A DNA stretch of 64,000 nucleotides from Vulcanimicrobiota bacterium (GTDB lineage Bacteria; Vulcanimicrobiota; SpSt-956; JAKJGF01), in contig JBEHWO010000002.1 in NCBI GenBank assembly GCA_040217695.1, forward strand, positions 8,538 to 72,537, read 5' to 3'. Made by a program: the position numbers and the translations under genes. This document shows, piece after piece, positions 18,827 to 27,841 of this stretch (the first letter of the stretch is position 1; the number at the start of each line of letters is the position of its first letter). The notes beneath the pieces are model-generated. The model was not told where the DNA came from. It ran no database searches and saw nothing but the letters and a program-made list of their open reading frames with translations.

Positions 18827-21133
18827 TTGATTAAAAAGGTATTAATAACAGGTTTCATTTTGTTTTTTCTCACAGCAGGTCATGTACTTGCCGATCCATT
18901 TTCCGATGTTCCCTCCGGCCACTGGTCCTATGATGCAGTACAGATGCTCGAAGAAAAAGGACTTGTAGAAGGCTATCCAGATGGTCTTTTTAAAGGAGAC
19001 CGTCCCATGACGAGATATGAAATGGCTATGGTAGTCGCCAGGGTTATAGCAAAACTGGAACAGGTTCAGGCATCAATTCCTGAACTGCCGGATCTTTCCA
19101 TTTATGCCACAAAAAGCGATATAGAAACAATAAATAAACTTCTTGCAGAATATAAAGGAGAACTGAATGCTCTCGGAGTAAGGGTTAGTAATATAGAAGA
19201 AACTGCAGGCAAACTTTCTCAAAGGGTTTCTGAGAAAGAAAGAATAAAGATAAACGGTCTTTTTTATACCACTGCTCAAACAATCGGCTATGCACCGGGG
19301 GTAAATAATACATCCAGTTACGGAAATCCAAATACTGGCGCAGCCTATGGCCCTGCAATTAAAAACGCCTCCGATCCCTATATGAAATTACCTCTCTTCC
19401 AGGGAACAGAGAATTCAAGTAAAATGAGACTTTTTGTGACAGCAATTTTTTCAGAGAGTGATTTTGCAGGAGGGGAACTCACAGCTTTTTCAGCCTTTGG
19501 AGAAAAAGGTATAAGGGATATTTCCATTGCTCCTTCCTATAATTCTCTCGGTTCTAACATAAACGGAAATTTCAGAGCTAATATGTCAAGCCTGTGGTTT
19601 CAGCACGCAGGAGCAGATGTAAATCTGAAAGGCACCTTCGGAGATTATGATTTTACGAAGAATAAAACATCCAATAAACTCTTTCAGCCCAGTATGACAC
19701 CTTACGGTTTTGATCTGGCATTCCTTTATCCTCTGAATGGAATAAACCTTCAGGGAAAACTCTATAACACAGTAGATGTAGAAGCATATATGGGAAGAAA
19801 TATCAATTCTTTTGCAAATTTCAATTATCCTGCTTCAGGTAAACTGAAAGATTCTTTATATTATTACGGAACTGCCGATTACCTGCAGACAGTCCCCAGC
19901 TGGTATCCTCTTGCCACACCTTATAATAACGGAGCAGGTTCCTATCATGTATATTCCTATGACAGGAATGCTGCAGGACAGTATGATAATTATGTTTATG
20001 GCATGTGGGCAGGTTATGATTTTAATGAAGGTAAAGGCCACTTTGAAGGAGCCTATGTCAGAATATTTGAAGATTCTGCATCAAACCCTGTTGTGGCAGA
20101 TGCCCTTGTCGCTCCTAAAGGTACTGTTTCCTTCGGTTTTAAAGGACATTATAAATTACTTGACGATAAGTTAAAGGTTTATGGAGAATTCAATCAGAGC
20201 AGATTTGACTATAATTTCACCAACAAAAACCATAGCACATCTGCCGGCAACTTCTTTGAAGTCGGTGCTGCCTATGAATTCCCTTCTTTAAAGTTAGACG
20301 GAAAATTCATATGGGTAGATGCTAACTATAATCCCATCGGATATTATAATCAATTACAGATTGATTATCTTGACACCCACCATCAGGGATGGTATCCATG
20401 GAAGGAAGGTTCAAATTATTTTCAGCCTTTCTTCAGTAACTATATGCCTAACAGAAAAGGAGTCAATCTTTCTGCAGACTGGACTCTCGGAAGTAATAAA
20501 GAAGGTCTTATTTACGGTGATTTTACCTGGCAGAATCAGGTAAATCCCACTATGATAACAAATGACCAGAATTCTTTCCAGAAGAACGATTTCCTCACGG
20601 GAACAATCGTTCCGGGAGTTATAGGCGCCAATATTTACGGGAACCAGGATATAATTTTCACTTTAAATGATCCTGCAAGAGGAAGCCAGACCTTTTATAA
20701 AGTGGGAGGGAAATATACACTCAATAATAAATGGCATATGTGGGCATCTTTTAACAGATATCATTTTGCCCGTGACCTTCAGTCAAGAGTGTTTAATTCT
20801 GAACTGAATCTGAATTTTGTTTATACAGGTGTTACATATGATCTGACAGACAATTTTTCAGTTCAGGGTAATTTCGCCTATGTAAAACAGTCAGGAAATT
20901 TACAGATAGATGCAAATGTAATAGGTCTTGACAGCAATGTGAGTTTCATAGACAATAATGCCCTTGTACCGGGAGCAGGTATCATGTGGTATACAGGCCA
21001 GAGCCAGGCATTAACTGTAGATTATAAATTCTACAATTTTACCGATAATGTATTATCCGGTACAGATGCATTGTCCGGGAGAAATGACTATCATGCCAAT
21101 AGAGTTATGATGAGGTATATGATTAATTTCTAA
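18827..21133 (+). CDS. SLH-domain outer-membrane porin-like protein (OmpM-type architecture)
   Basis: TTG start and a signal peptide. SLH domain FSDVPSGHWSYDAVQMLEEKGLVEGYPDGLFKGDRPMTRYEMA, a coiled-coil linker, and a long Y/N/G-rich beta-rich C-terminus ending ..RYMINF. Confidence 0.8.
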   Translation: MIKKVLITGFILFFLTAGHVLADPFSDVPSGHWSYDAVQMLEEKGLVEGYPDGLFKGDRPMTRYEMAMVVARVIAKLEQVQASIPELPDLSIYATKSDIETINKLLAEYKGELNALGVRVSNIEETAGKLSQRVSEKERIKINGLFYTTAQTIGYAPGVNNTSSYGNPNTGAAYGPAIKNASDPYMKLPLFQGTENSSKMRLFVTAIFSESDFAGGELTAFSAFGEKGIRDISIAPSYNSLGSNINGNFRANMSSLWFQHAGADVNLKGTFGDYDFTKNKTSNKLFQPSMTPYGFDLAFLYPLNGINLQGKLYNTVDVEAYMGRNINSFANFNYPASGKLKDSLYYYGTADYLQTVPSWYPLATPYNNGAGSYHVYSYDRNAAGQYDNYVYGMWAGYDFNEGKGHFEGAYVRIFEDSASNPVVADALVAPKGTVSFGFKGHYKLLDDKLKVYGEFNQSRFDYNFTNKNHSTSAGNFFEVGAAYEFPSLKLDGKFIWVDANYNPIGYYNQLQIDYLDTHHQGWYPWKEGSNYFQPFFSNYMPNRKGVNLSADWTLGSNKEGLIYGDFTWQNQVNPTMITNDQNSFQKNDFLTGTIVPGVIGANIYGNQDIIFTLNDPARGSQTFYKVGGKYTLNNKWHMWASFNRYHFARDLQSRVFNSELNLNFVYTGVTYDLTDNFSVQGNFAYVKQSGNLQIDANVIGLDSNVSFIDNNALVPGAGIMWYTGQSQALTVDYKFYNFTDNVLSGTDALSGRNDYHANRVMMRYMINF

Positions 21134-21145
21134 ATATTTTATTCA

Positions 21146-21179
21146 AGCCGGAATTCAGAACTTATTCTGAATTCCGGCT
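21146..21179 (+). terminator. Perfect 15-bp hairpin after the SLH-porin gene
   Basis: agccggaattcagaa / ctta / ttctgaattccggct. Confidence 0.6.
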
Positions 21180-21255
21180 ATGGCAGTAATATGGACATTG
21201 GATGCGGCAACGGAGGGGGCCGTTGACTTTACCTGCGAGGAGAAGGGAGTTGTCT

Positions 21256-22590
21256 ATGGAAAAACAATTTATATCAATAATTTTCTGTATTTTATTAATC
21301 TCTTTATTTACAGGTATTACTGGATGTGGTAATGATGTCCCTTATTACAAACCAGTAATTGCTATAAGAGGGTTTGTTTATAAACCAGTAGAAACTGCCT
21401 TTTTAAATTCTGAAGCATTTGCTACCAGAAAAGGATTACTGGTAACTCGTTATACACTGGCAGATCCCAATTATGTTCCAGTAATTGGAGCAACTATAGA
21501 ATGTGACGGCATATCACAGCAAACAGATAGTAACGGGCAATTTGTATTAAATTTATTTAATCAGGGTATTAAAAATATCATTGTTAATACGTCTACATCA
21601 CAAAATGCACAGGATTATTCACCAATAGTAGTCAAAATGGCTGCCGCTGATCCTAATACAGCCAGTCAACCGCCGGACTCTATGAAAGTTGTACCGCCAA
21701 ATATTACTGTACCGAACGGCAAGAAACATCAATTTAATCTGAATTTTAAGCAGGGTAACAATGATGTTGACACTCCCCCGGGAACAATAACATGGTCAGT
21801 TGAAGGTGGAATAGGTGTAGTAGATTCTAATGGATTGTTTACTGCAACTACTCCCGGCCAGGGAAAGGTCATTGCTGTATGGGATACCCTGTCCAGTTAT
21901 TCCGATGTAAGAGTAAAAGGTGATAGTGAAGATACCGGAACTTTACACGGTTTTGTTAGTTCCGGAACAATGATGGTTCCAGGAGTTATAATTGAAGTTG
22001 ACGGTATATCTGAAATTGGCATCACTGATGTAAATGGAGAGTATACAATTACAGAGATACTACCGGGAAACTATAATGTAACTGCAACGCTTAATAATCA
22101 AACTGCAGGGCAGGAAAAGATTAATATAAAAGCAAACAAGATTAATGAATGTAATTTTATTATTACTACTCCCATAACTCCAACAGCATCTGTTACCGTA
22201 AAACCAAATCCAACTAATACGGTCAGTCCGAATCCAACTAATACGGTCAGTCCGAATCCAACAACTGCTCCGGTATTTTACAATATTAGCGGTAAATACC
22301 AGAATTCCCAGGGAACGCCAATACCTAATGTAAGGCTGGTTTTGAAAAAGGGTCATGTGTCAATAGGAGATAAAGGTGTTACTTTAGCCTTTACGGATAC
22401 TGCCGATGGCTTCTATTCTTTTTCTAATATTACTTCACGATTATCCTATACTATAGATGTGTTTTCTCCTGATGACAGTAGTTTTGGGAACATTAGAGCA
22501 CATATTTATCTTTATGTGGCTCCTGAAGAAACAAACAAAGTTGTAAATATTACGGAAGGAACCTATATTTATATCAGAAGCAATCAATGA
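21256..22590 (+). CDS. Lipoprotein with Big_2 and carboxypeptidase-regulatory-like domains
   Basis: The ATG at 21256 follows AAGGGAG. Lipobox ITGCG. Big_2-like ITWSVEGGIGVVDSNGLFTATTPGQGKVIA. CarboxypepD_reg-like VIIEVDG..TDVNGEYTI..LPGNYNVTA. Confidence 0.75.
   Translation: MEKQFISIIFCILLISLFTGITGCGNDVPYYKPVIAIRGFVYKPVETAFLNSEAFATRKGLLVTRYTLADPNYVPVIGATIECDGISQQTDSNGQFVLNLFNQGIKNIIVNTSTSQNAQDYSPIVVKMAAADPNTASQPPDSMKVVPPNITVPNGKKHQFNLNFKQGNNDVDTPPGTITWSVEGGIGVVDSNGLFTATTPGQGKVIAVWDTLSSYSDVRVKGDSEDTGTLHGFVSSGTMMVPGVIIEVDGISEIGITDVNGEYTITEILPGNYNVTATLNNQTAGQEKINIKANKINECNFIITTPITPTASVTVKPNPTNTVSPNPTNTVSPNPTTAPVFYNISGKYQNSQGTPIPNVRLVLKKGHVSIGDKGVTLAFTDTADGFYSFSNITSRLSYTIDVFSPDDSSFGNIRAHIYLYVAPEETNKVVNITEGTYIYIRSNQ
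22207..22263 (+). repeat. In-frame 24-bp tandem repeat (about 2.4 copies)
   Basis: aatccaactaatacggtcagtccg x2 plus a partial copy, encoding NPTNTVSP NPTNTVSP NPT. Confidence 0.85.
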
Positions 22591-22610
22591 CCCCGCCCAC
22601 AAGGGAACGA

Positions 22611-22636
22611 GGGTTTCTGGCACGGTTCTATAAAAA
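22611..22636 (+). promoter_or_regulatory. Conserved motif GGGTTTCTGGCACGGTTCTATAAAAA, copy 2 of 2
   Basis: Matches 9248-9272 and lies 16 nt upstream of the ATG at 22652. Confidence 0.35.
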
Positions 22637-22651
22637 ATGAAAGGAAACTAA

Positions 22652-23728
22652 ATGAGAAAATCATATATTCTGATTTCAAGCAGCACATTATTACTTTTTC
22701 TTTTATGTTACATGTCAGGTTGCGGCGGAGACAGTCTCATTACAGGCAACGTGCCGACTGCCACACCGACGAATTCACCCGGGAATCAAACTGTCAACGG
22801 TAAAGTCTATAACTTATTTACCAGTGTTCCTGTAGCCAATGCCAGTATTGTAAACGGCAGCAATATGGTAACTACTGATCCAAACGGTAATTATAAAGAT
22901 TTATTCATAGACGAGAAAAACACCAGAATAAAAATCACTGCATCCAATTATGTTGACCGTGAAATGAGTTTTTCTTCAGACAATAAGTCTCAGGATATCT
23001 CATTAATCCCTGGCAGTTATAATATGGAGATGTACAGAGCCCTGAACAAGTTATCTGTGTTTCCAAATACAGTTAGATTCATTCGGCAGCCAAAAATAAT
23101 TATTTATACAAAATTTCTGGTTTCCGGCCAGACCGTTGATCCCGGTACGCTAAAATTGACTGAAGATACATTAAAAAACGATCTGACCGGCTCCAGCGAC
23201 GGCATAATGAGCAATCCGGAAATTACTTATCTCAATATGTCTCCCAGAGAAGACCCGAATATGTCATACGATCCGAACAATTCATCTGCATATACGTTAT
23301 TACCGGATACTATAAGCGTTTCTTATGTTGAAACATTTCTTTATAAAGATATTTACGGATGTGCAATATGTATATGTGATTTTAAAACAGGTTTAATAAA
23401 TTCCGGCGGTATATGTATTCCAATCGATGGCAATAATAATATTGTCTATACAATCTCTCATCAAACAGGTCATGCATTTGGACTTCAGCATCCTTTTGAA
23501 TATTTTGTAAATTCGATATCTGATCCTTTATGTGAAGTCTCTGTTATGAATCTTTATCAACTGGGAAAAAGTACTGACACTTTTTCCGAAGCAGATAAAA
23601 AAGCATTGATAATCAATAATCACCGTGCTCCTAAACACAAGACTCCCGATATTGATCCGGCAGATTGGCCTGGCTATTATAAAAATACCAGTTGCCGGCA
23701 GGTTTATAAGTATTACGACAAATTTTAA
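22652..23728 (+). CDS. Lipoprotein with a carboxypeptidase-regulatory-like domain and a metzincin-like module carrying HQxxHxxGxxH in place of HExxH
   Basis: Lipobox MSGCGG. VNGKVYN..ANASIV..TDPNGNY. Motif ISHQTGHAFGLQHP at 23459-23491. Confidence 0.7.
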   Translation: MRKSYILISSSTLLLFLLCYMSGCGGDSLITGNVPTATPTNSPGNQTVNGKVYNLFTSVPVANASIVNGSNMVTTDPNGNYKDLFIDEKNTRIKITASNYVDREMSFSSDNKSQDISLIPGSYNMEMYRALNKLSVFPNTVRFIRQPKIIIYTKFLVSGQTVDPGTLKLTEDTLKNDLTGSSDGIMSNPEITYLNMSPREDPNMSYDPNNSSAYTLLPDTISVSYVETFLYKDIYGCAICICDFKTGLINSGGICIPIDGNNNIVYTISHQTGHAFGLQHPFEYFVNSISDPLCEVSVMNLYQLGKSTDTFSEADKKALIINNHRAPKHKTPDIDPADWPGYYKNTSCRQVYKYYDKF

Positions 23729-23788
23729 TAAAACAATAGAGATAGAATTCTGCTGTTGTATGAGGAGGTGGAATAACAAATTCATAAG

Positions 23789-23823
23789 CATTCAGCAGCT
23801 AGCTATCAGCTGTCAGCTAAGAC
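23789..23823. repeat. Degenerate heptamer array of the AGCTATCAG family, period 7 (CnnnCAG)
   Basis: cattcag cagctag ctatcag ctgtcag ctaagac. Confidence 0.6.
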
Positions 23824-23868
23824 CTGTAATGACTATGTAATTTAGTCTTTAGTGCTGCCGGAATTTTA

Positions 23869-24465
23869 CTATTCCTGAATATATTCTCTAAACACCAGAC
23901 TTAAATCAATCTCTAAATCAGGAAATATATCTACTTTTATTTTATCTTCTGCTGTATATATTTCAGGAAATTTATATTTATTATCTTCAAGTTTATATAC
24001 ATTTATAATTTTATCATTTGGATATACAATCCAATATTCTTTTACACCTTCACGTTCATATAGCTTTAACTTATCTTTCAAATCCAGCTTGCTTGTAGAT
24101 GGAGATAAGATTTCTATTACTAAATCAGGAGATCCTGCACAATGCTTATGGTTCTTAATCTTCTTATGGTCGCATACAATTATTATATCAGGCTGAACTA
24201 CATCTTTAACATCTTTTATGTCTTCATTTTGTTTAGGAAATACGACATCAACGGGAGATGTAAATATTCTACATGTCTTATCTCTTAAATAAATGCCAAA
24301 TTGAAGATGCAATTCACTTAGAATAAATTGATGGTCTAAATTTGGAGCAGGACTCATATTATATGCAATACCATCTATAATCTGCCACCTTTCGTCATCA
24401 GGCCATGTAAGATAATCTCCATATGTAAATTCCTGTCGATGGTTTAATGCTAAATTACTCTGCAT
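23869..24465 (-). CDS. Uma2-family (DUF820) putative endonuclease
   Basis: The RBS GAGGTGA is present. YGDYLTWPDDERWQIIDGIAYNMSPAP..VQPDIIIVCD..GSPDLVIEILSPST...D...K...Y...GVKEYWIV. Confidence 0.8.
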   Translation of the reverse strand: MQSNLALNHRQEFTYGDYLTWPDDERWQIIDGIAYNMSPAPNLDHQFILSELHLQFGIYLRDKTCRIFTSPVDVVFPKQNEDIKDVKDVVQPDIIIVCDHKKIKNHKHCAGSPDLVIEILSPSTSKLDLKDKLKLYEREGVKEYWIVYPNDKIINVYKLEDNKYKFPEIYTAEDKIKVDIFPDLEIDLSLVFREYIQE

Positions 24466-24584
24466 TTGTAATCACCTCATTATATATTATAACATATTAT
24501 TTTCTTTATCCTGAGAATTTCTGAAGAGATTTTTTGCTGTAAATTCTTCCATATTATTGAATATTTTATATTTCCTCCAGAACG

Positions 24585-26159
24585 TCACTTTTCCTCTGTT
24601 TTTTGCAAAAACACAGTATGCAGTGGGAAGGCAAATTCAATCTTTTCCTTCTCAAAGAGGGATTTTATCCTCAGGAGTAGCTCTCTTTTTACTGTCCACT
24701 GCTGGAGAGGTGCTGTTTTGACAAACATACGAAGTTTCACTCCGGAAGCTGACAGTTCATCCACTCCGAGCATTACGGGTTTATCCAGTATTTTCTCAGG
24801 CCACTCCTCTTTTAATATCCTGCCGGTTTCAAGCATAAGTTCCATTGCTTTTTTAAGATCTGTATCATAGGAAACTGACAGGATACAATCGAACTGACTC
24901 CAGGTAGATGAAGAATTTTCCACAGAACGAATAAGAGAATTGGAAATTGTAATAAGACGTCCTTCAGTATCACGGACACGGGTGGATCTCAGATTAAAAT
25001 CCTCCACTATTCCTGCAAAACCGCCGGTGCGTATATGATCTCCTATGGCAAACTGGTCCTCTATAACAATAAAAGTGCCGGCAAAAAAATCTTTACAGAG
25101 ATCCTGAAATATAAGACTCAGCCCCACACCGATAATCCCTGCGCCTGTAAGACCTGCAGAAAAATCTACATTAAATGATTTGAGAACGATTATAGCCGCA
25201 AAAATTATCATGCCTGCTTTAACAAACATGGAGAGAACCATCCACCTCATTTTAAGGCGATGACTGGCACGAATGTCCTTTGTAAGTTCCCGGCCTTTCA
25301 ATTTCTCCGATAGTTCAGAGGAATATTTCAGAAACATATCGACAGGTTTAAAAAGCATGCTGAGAATTAAAATTGAAAGAAATAATATCAGCACAGGCTG
25401 TAAAATATTTTCTATAAGCTGTCTGGATAATAAACGGCTTACAGGAAATATCCAGAGGATATGGGAAATGACCCACATCCATATAACAATTGCCACGAAA
25501 TGGCCCGGCTCTTTAAACCATTTTCGATATACATAAATAACAATTACTGTTACCAGTATGCCTGCAATGAATGTTTTTAAAGACTCCACAAGAGCTTCTT
25601 TTTTATATCCTTCGCTTCTTTCCTTCATGGTACTGGCCAGTCCCTTTTCCAGTGCATCACGCCATAAACCTGCCAGTATACTTACGGAAGCATTGTTAGC
25701 AGATGCATCACCATTTGTGACAGAGAGAATAAAAATGCCTTTAGTCTCCAGTACAGGACATCCTTCAATTATTTTAACTACTACATAAGGTGGTTTATCT
25801 GTCCTCTGAAGGACAGCTTCAAGTCTCTCCTGAATAATACCCGCTCTTTCAGAGGCGCTCAGACCAGAGTCAGCCACTACATTGATAATAACTCTGTTAT
25901 TCAGCATAACAGGTGCTTTCTCAGGCGCCTGAGTGGCAGCAGGTAATGGTGTATTTAAAACAGCAGGTGTTGGTTCAGGCACAGAAGAAACAGTCGGTAC
26001 AGGTGTTTCTTTCACCTGGCTCCCGTCCTGTGTGGAAGATGAATTTACTGTCACCTCTGTCGGAACAGGGGATGTTTCTATCCCTTCTGCCCGCCATCCC
26101 TGGAATGACCAGGGTATGAGCAGGAATATTATTAAAGGTATTATCAAGTATTTATTCAT
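24585..26159 (-). CDS. MscS-family mechanosensitive channel, paralogue of 2066-3652
   Basis: Same architecture as the paralogue. GAGIIGVGLSLIFQDLCKDFFAGTFIVIEDQFAIGDHI..GIVEDFNLRSTRVRDTEG. Confidence 0.85.
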   Translation of the reverse strand: MNKYLIIPLIIFLLIPWSFQGWRAEGIETSPVPTEVTVNSSSTQDGSQVKETPVPTVSSVPEPTPAVLNTPLPAATQAPEKAPVMLNNRVIINVVADSGLSASERAGIIQERLEAVLQRTDKPPYVVVKIIEGCPVLETKGIFILSVTNGDASANNASVSILAGLWRDALEKGLASTMKERSEGYKKEALVESLKTFIAGILVTVIVIYVYRKWFKEPGHFVAIVIWMWVISHILWIFPVSRLLSRQLIENILQPVLILFLSILILSMLFKPVDMFLKYSSELSEKLKGRELTKDIRASHRLKMRWMVLSMFVKAGMIIFAAIIVLKSFNVDFSAGLTGAGIIGVGLSLIFQDLCKDFFAGTFIVIEDQFAIGDHIRTGGFAGIVEDFNLRSTRVRDTEGRLITISNSLIRSVENSSSTWSQFDCILSVSYDTDLKKAMELMLETGRILKEEWPEKILDKPVMLGVDELSASGVKLRMFVKTAPLQQWTVKRELLLRIKSLFEKEKIEFAFPLHTVFLQKTEEK

Positions 26160-26185
26160 AAAAAATTTCCCCCCTATCTGACGGG

Positions 26186-26899
26186 TTATCCCTGGTTCCT
26201 TGCAAGCTCTTCGGCAAGAATGGGAATACTCAGGTTACAGGCCTGAACTCCATGTACCACGCACAGCTTGAGCACCTCCATAATCTCCTCCATAGATACG
26301 CCAAGTTTCAATGCCGCCTTAATATGACGGCAGGTGCCGGGGGCATACATATGAGTGTAAGATGCATCGAAGGCAATGCTTAGAAGCTCAATATCCTTTG
26401 GTGACAGGACATCGGTGCCGTAAATACCCATGCCTGTGGCAAAAAAATCATCAGTCCACATAGGATCGAGTTTAAATAAAGGATCCCATGCAGTATTCCA
26501 CTGGCCTATTTCTTTCATCTTATCACAGAACGGAGTAGCAGGTATGGATTGTTCTCTCTGTTTCACTCCTGCTTCTTTTGCTTCTTCAAGAAGAATGGGA
26601 GCGCCGAGACTGCATGAATGTATGGACAGAAGAGAGGCCATTTTGATTATCATCAGAATTTCTTCTTTTGTTGCTCCTTCCTTTAGAGCAGCTCTGATAT
26701 GACGTCTGGTTCCTTCAGGATTTAAATTCGTGCATGCTGCATTCAATGCAATACTGATTAATTCTACAGTTTTACGGGGCAGTACTCCTTTTTCCCATGG
26801 ATTTTTACTCATCTTTTCACAGACCCCGGCCCAGGAAGGATCCCACTCCTTCAGTAAGTCCAGAGACTCTTCCCAGGGGCCCTTATTTTTTTCTATCAT
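26186..26899 (-). CDS. Carboxymuconolactone decarboxylase (AhpD-like) family protein with two CMD repeats
   Basis: Internal duplication: ..LPRKTVELISIALNAACTNL..GTRRHIRAALKEGATKEEILMIIKMASL.. and ..LSPKDIELLSIAFDASYTHMYAPGTCRHIKAALKLGVSMEEIMEVLKLCVV.. Confidence 0.7.
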   Translation of the reverse strand: MIEKNKGPWEESLDLLKEWDPSWAGVCEKMSKNPWEKGVLPRKTVELISIALNAACTNLNPEGTRRHIRAALKEGATKEEILMIIKMASLLSIHSCSLGAPILLEEAKEAGVKQREQSIPATPFCDKMKEIGQWNTAWDPLFKLDPMWTDDFFATGMGIYGTDVLSPKDIELLSIAFDASYTHMYAPGTCRHIKAALKLGVSMEEIMEVLKLCVVHGVQACNLSIPILAEELARNQG

Positions 26900-26916
26900 A
26901 TTAATTCTCCTTATTT

Positions 26917-27840
26917 TTAAAAAACTTCATCAATAATTCCCTGGAGATGCTGCATTACATCGGAAGATGTTGAAGGAAAGTCTTCTAATTCATAAACCTT
27001 TCCCAGAAAACCGTATTTACTCCCTCCGAAACGGTGATATGGCAGAAGTTCATAGAGAACAACATTTTTATATTTCCTTACTGCATTCAGTACACCGCGG
27101 ATATGTTCTTCATAGTCATTTACGCCCGGAATGACGGGAGTCCTTGCAATGAATACTTTATCAGGAAAGGTTTCATAGGCTTTTCTGAAATTTTCAAGGC
27201 TGCGGGCGTTGTCAACTCCTGTCCATTTCCTGTGTCTCACAGGATCCATCTGCTTGTAATCGTGGAGCATTGTATCCACATGGGGAAGTACTTTTTCCAT
27301 AAAATGCCAGGGTACATTACCTGCCGTTTCTATGGCAGTATTAAAGCCCCTGTTGTGTGCTCCTTTAAGTAATGCAGCGCTGAAATCCGGCTGCATCAAA
27401 CACTCTCCTCCGGAAAGTGTAATACCTCCTCCTGATTCCCTGTAAAAACTGTCATCTCTTTCCACTTCATCAAGTACCTGATCCACAGTCATCTTCTGTC
27501 CGAAGAGATAAAGAGCTTTAGATGGGCATATGTCAACACATTTGCCGCAGTTTGTACAGAGATCCCAGTTAATTCTTACCTTATCGTCAGGTCGGTCCCC
27601 GGATCCTACTGTATATATGGCACATTCCGGGCATTCCTTCAGACAGAAGCCGCATTCCTTTTCACCGATACATCTTTTCATATCACAGGCCAGTTCCGGC
27701 TTATAGTGAATGCTTTCAGGGTTACAGCACCATTTACATCTAAGGGGGCATCCCTTCAGGAAAACATTGGTTCTAATACCCGGGCCGTCATGGGTGCAGA
27801 AATGCTGAATATTAAGAACTATACCTTCAGGATTTTCCAT
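26917..27840 (-). CDS. Glycyl-radical enzyme activating enzyme (radical SAM with auxiliary ferredoxin-type clusters)
   Basis: The ATG at 27840 lies 9 nt after GGAGGTG. THDGPGIRTNVFLKGCPLRCKWCCNPE. Extra Cys clusters CGFCLKECPECA and CTNCGKCVDICP. Confidence 0.85.
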   Translation of the reverse strand: MENPEGIVLNIQHFCTHDGPGIRTNVFLKGCPLRCKWCCNPESIHYKPELACDMKRCIGEKECGFCLKECPECAIYTVGSGDRPDDKVRINWDLCTNCGKCVDICPSKALYLFGQKMTVDQVLDEVERDDSFYRESGGGITLSGGECLMQPDFSAALLKGAHNRGFNTAIETAGNVPWHFMEKVLPHVDTMLHDYKQMDPVRHRKWTGVDNARSLENFRKAYETFPDKVFIARTPVIPGVNDYEEHIRGVLNAVRKYKNVVLYELLPYHRFGGSKYGFLGKVYELEDFPSTSSDVMQHLQGIIDEVF

Positions 27841-27841
27841 A

